A stretch of 32,000 nt of DNA from Candidatus Saccharimonadota bacterium (GTDB lineage: Bacteria; Patescibacteriota; Saccharimonadia; Saccharimonadales; UBA4665): the NCBI GenBank assembly GCA_003516025.1, contig CP023991.1:1-32000 (forward strand). Reading direction: 5' to 3'. The notes beneath the pieces are model-generated. The model did not search any database. It was given only the letters and a program-made list of their open reading frames with translations, and was not told the DNA's origin. A program made the translations under genes and the position numbers. Positions 31,586 through 32,000 of this stretch are shown here, in pieces. Position 1 is the first letter of the stretch; each line of letters begins with the position of its first letter.

Positions 31586-32000
31586 ATGGCGACGTACAAA
31601 GTTCTCCAGGATATTGAGGCAGAAGACAAGCTGGTGGGCCCGCTGACGCTCCGGCAGTGTATTTATGCTGCCATTGCTATCGTATCCATCTATTTTTCAT
31701 ACTTGGTTATATCCAAAGGCGCAGCCTTTTTGGCAGTCGTATTTCTACCGTTTATTGGTTTTGGCATTTTCTTTGCTTTCCCATGGAACAAGCAGCAGTC
31801 GACCGAAGTTTGGGCACTGGCAAAAGTCCGGTTCGCCCTTAAGCCGCGTAAGCGTATTTGGGATCAGAGCGGTATTAAACAGCTGGTTGCGATTACGGCT
31901 CCGAAGCAGGTTGAGGACCCACGCAAGAATAGCCACATGTCCGAAGTGGAAGTCCGCAACCGCCTGGCGGCCCTGGCGGCTACCGTTGACAGCCGTGGTT
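31586..32000 (+). CDS. PrgI/VirB3-like T4SS membrane protein, 5' part (runs off the window; may continue into a VirB4-like ATPase)
   Basis: Hand translation gives MATYKVLQDIEAEDKLVGPLTLRQCIYAAIAIVSIYFSYLVISKGAAFLAVVFLPFIGFGIFFAFPWNK.... The EDK-x-GPLTLRQ start plus two TM segments is the PrgI-family signature. There is no stop before 32000, so it is absent from the ORF track. Confidence 0.65.
   Translation, partial: MATYKVLQDIEAEDKLVGPLTLRQCIYAAIAIVSIYFSYLVISKGAAFLAVVFLPFIGFGIFFAFPWNKQQSTEVWALAKVRFALKPRKRIWDQSGIKQLVAITAPKQVEDPRKNSHMSEVEVRNRLAALAATVDSRG

Noticed and set aside
143-31936. Numerous 60-160 aa ORFs nested inside or antisense to long genes (e.g. 692-1168, 2508-2930, 3044-3490, 14411-14812, 16146-16463, 16643-16999, 24560-24967, 26551-26880, 27588-27911, 28904-29158, 30688-30939)
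   Set aside because: These are shadow frames of recognisable or long genes in roughly 50 percent GC DNA. They have Arg/Ser/Pro-rich compositions and no start signals.
1-32000. CRISPR arrays, rRNA genes, insertion sequences, long tandem repeats
   Set aside because: No regularly spaced direct repeats, rRNA-like conserved blocks, terminal inverted repeats with a transposase, or long tandem arrays were seen on inspection of either strand.

Overview
The window looks like a chromosomal segment of a small-genome, monoderm-type bacterium. Gene content and style suggest Patescibacteria/CPR, Saccharibacteria-like, but this is inference only. GC is about 50 percent.

Ordinary content:
- Housekeeping genes: tsaD, valS, a HIT hydrolase, ComF, Hsp20, a VKOR homolog and a split ChrA pair.
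- Envelope and lipid genes: a sugar transferase, a serine hydrolase, a DAGK-family lipid kinase and two SGNH hydrolases.
- Four tRNA genes: Ser-CGA, Arg-GCG, Ser-GCU and Ser-UGA.

Three things stand out:
1. 25.85-32.0 kb holds a type IV secretion-like locus. Six tandem paralogous VirB2/TrbC-like small membrane proteins sit on the minus strand. They diverge from a giant VirB6/TrbL-like polytopic protein, a small acidic protein and a PrgI/VirB3-like gene that runs off the window.
2. 10.03-13.35 kb is a low-GC islet directly 3' of tRNA-Arg. It is bounded by a 15/17 copy of the tRNA 3' end and carries a nucleotide-centred operon: a MazG-like gene, a tandem deoxyribosyltransferase-like gene and a lysine-less kinase-like gene. 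An HxxEH protein lies alongside.
3. Many genes have a -10 hexamer, often extended (TGn), only 6-8 nt upstream of the start codon and no Shine-Dalgarno. This implies widespread leaderless transcription.

No CRISPR array, rRNA, integrase or transposase is visible. All function calls rest on motifs read by eye from the translations; no searches were run.
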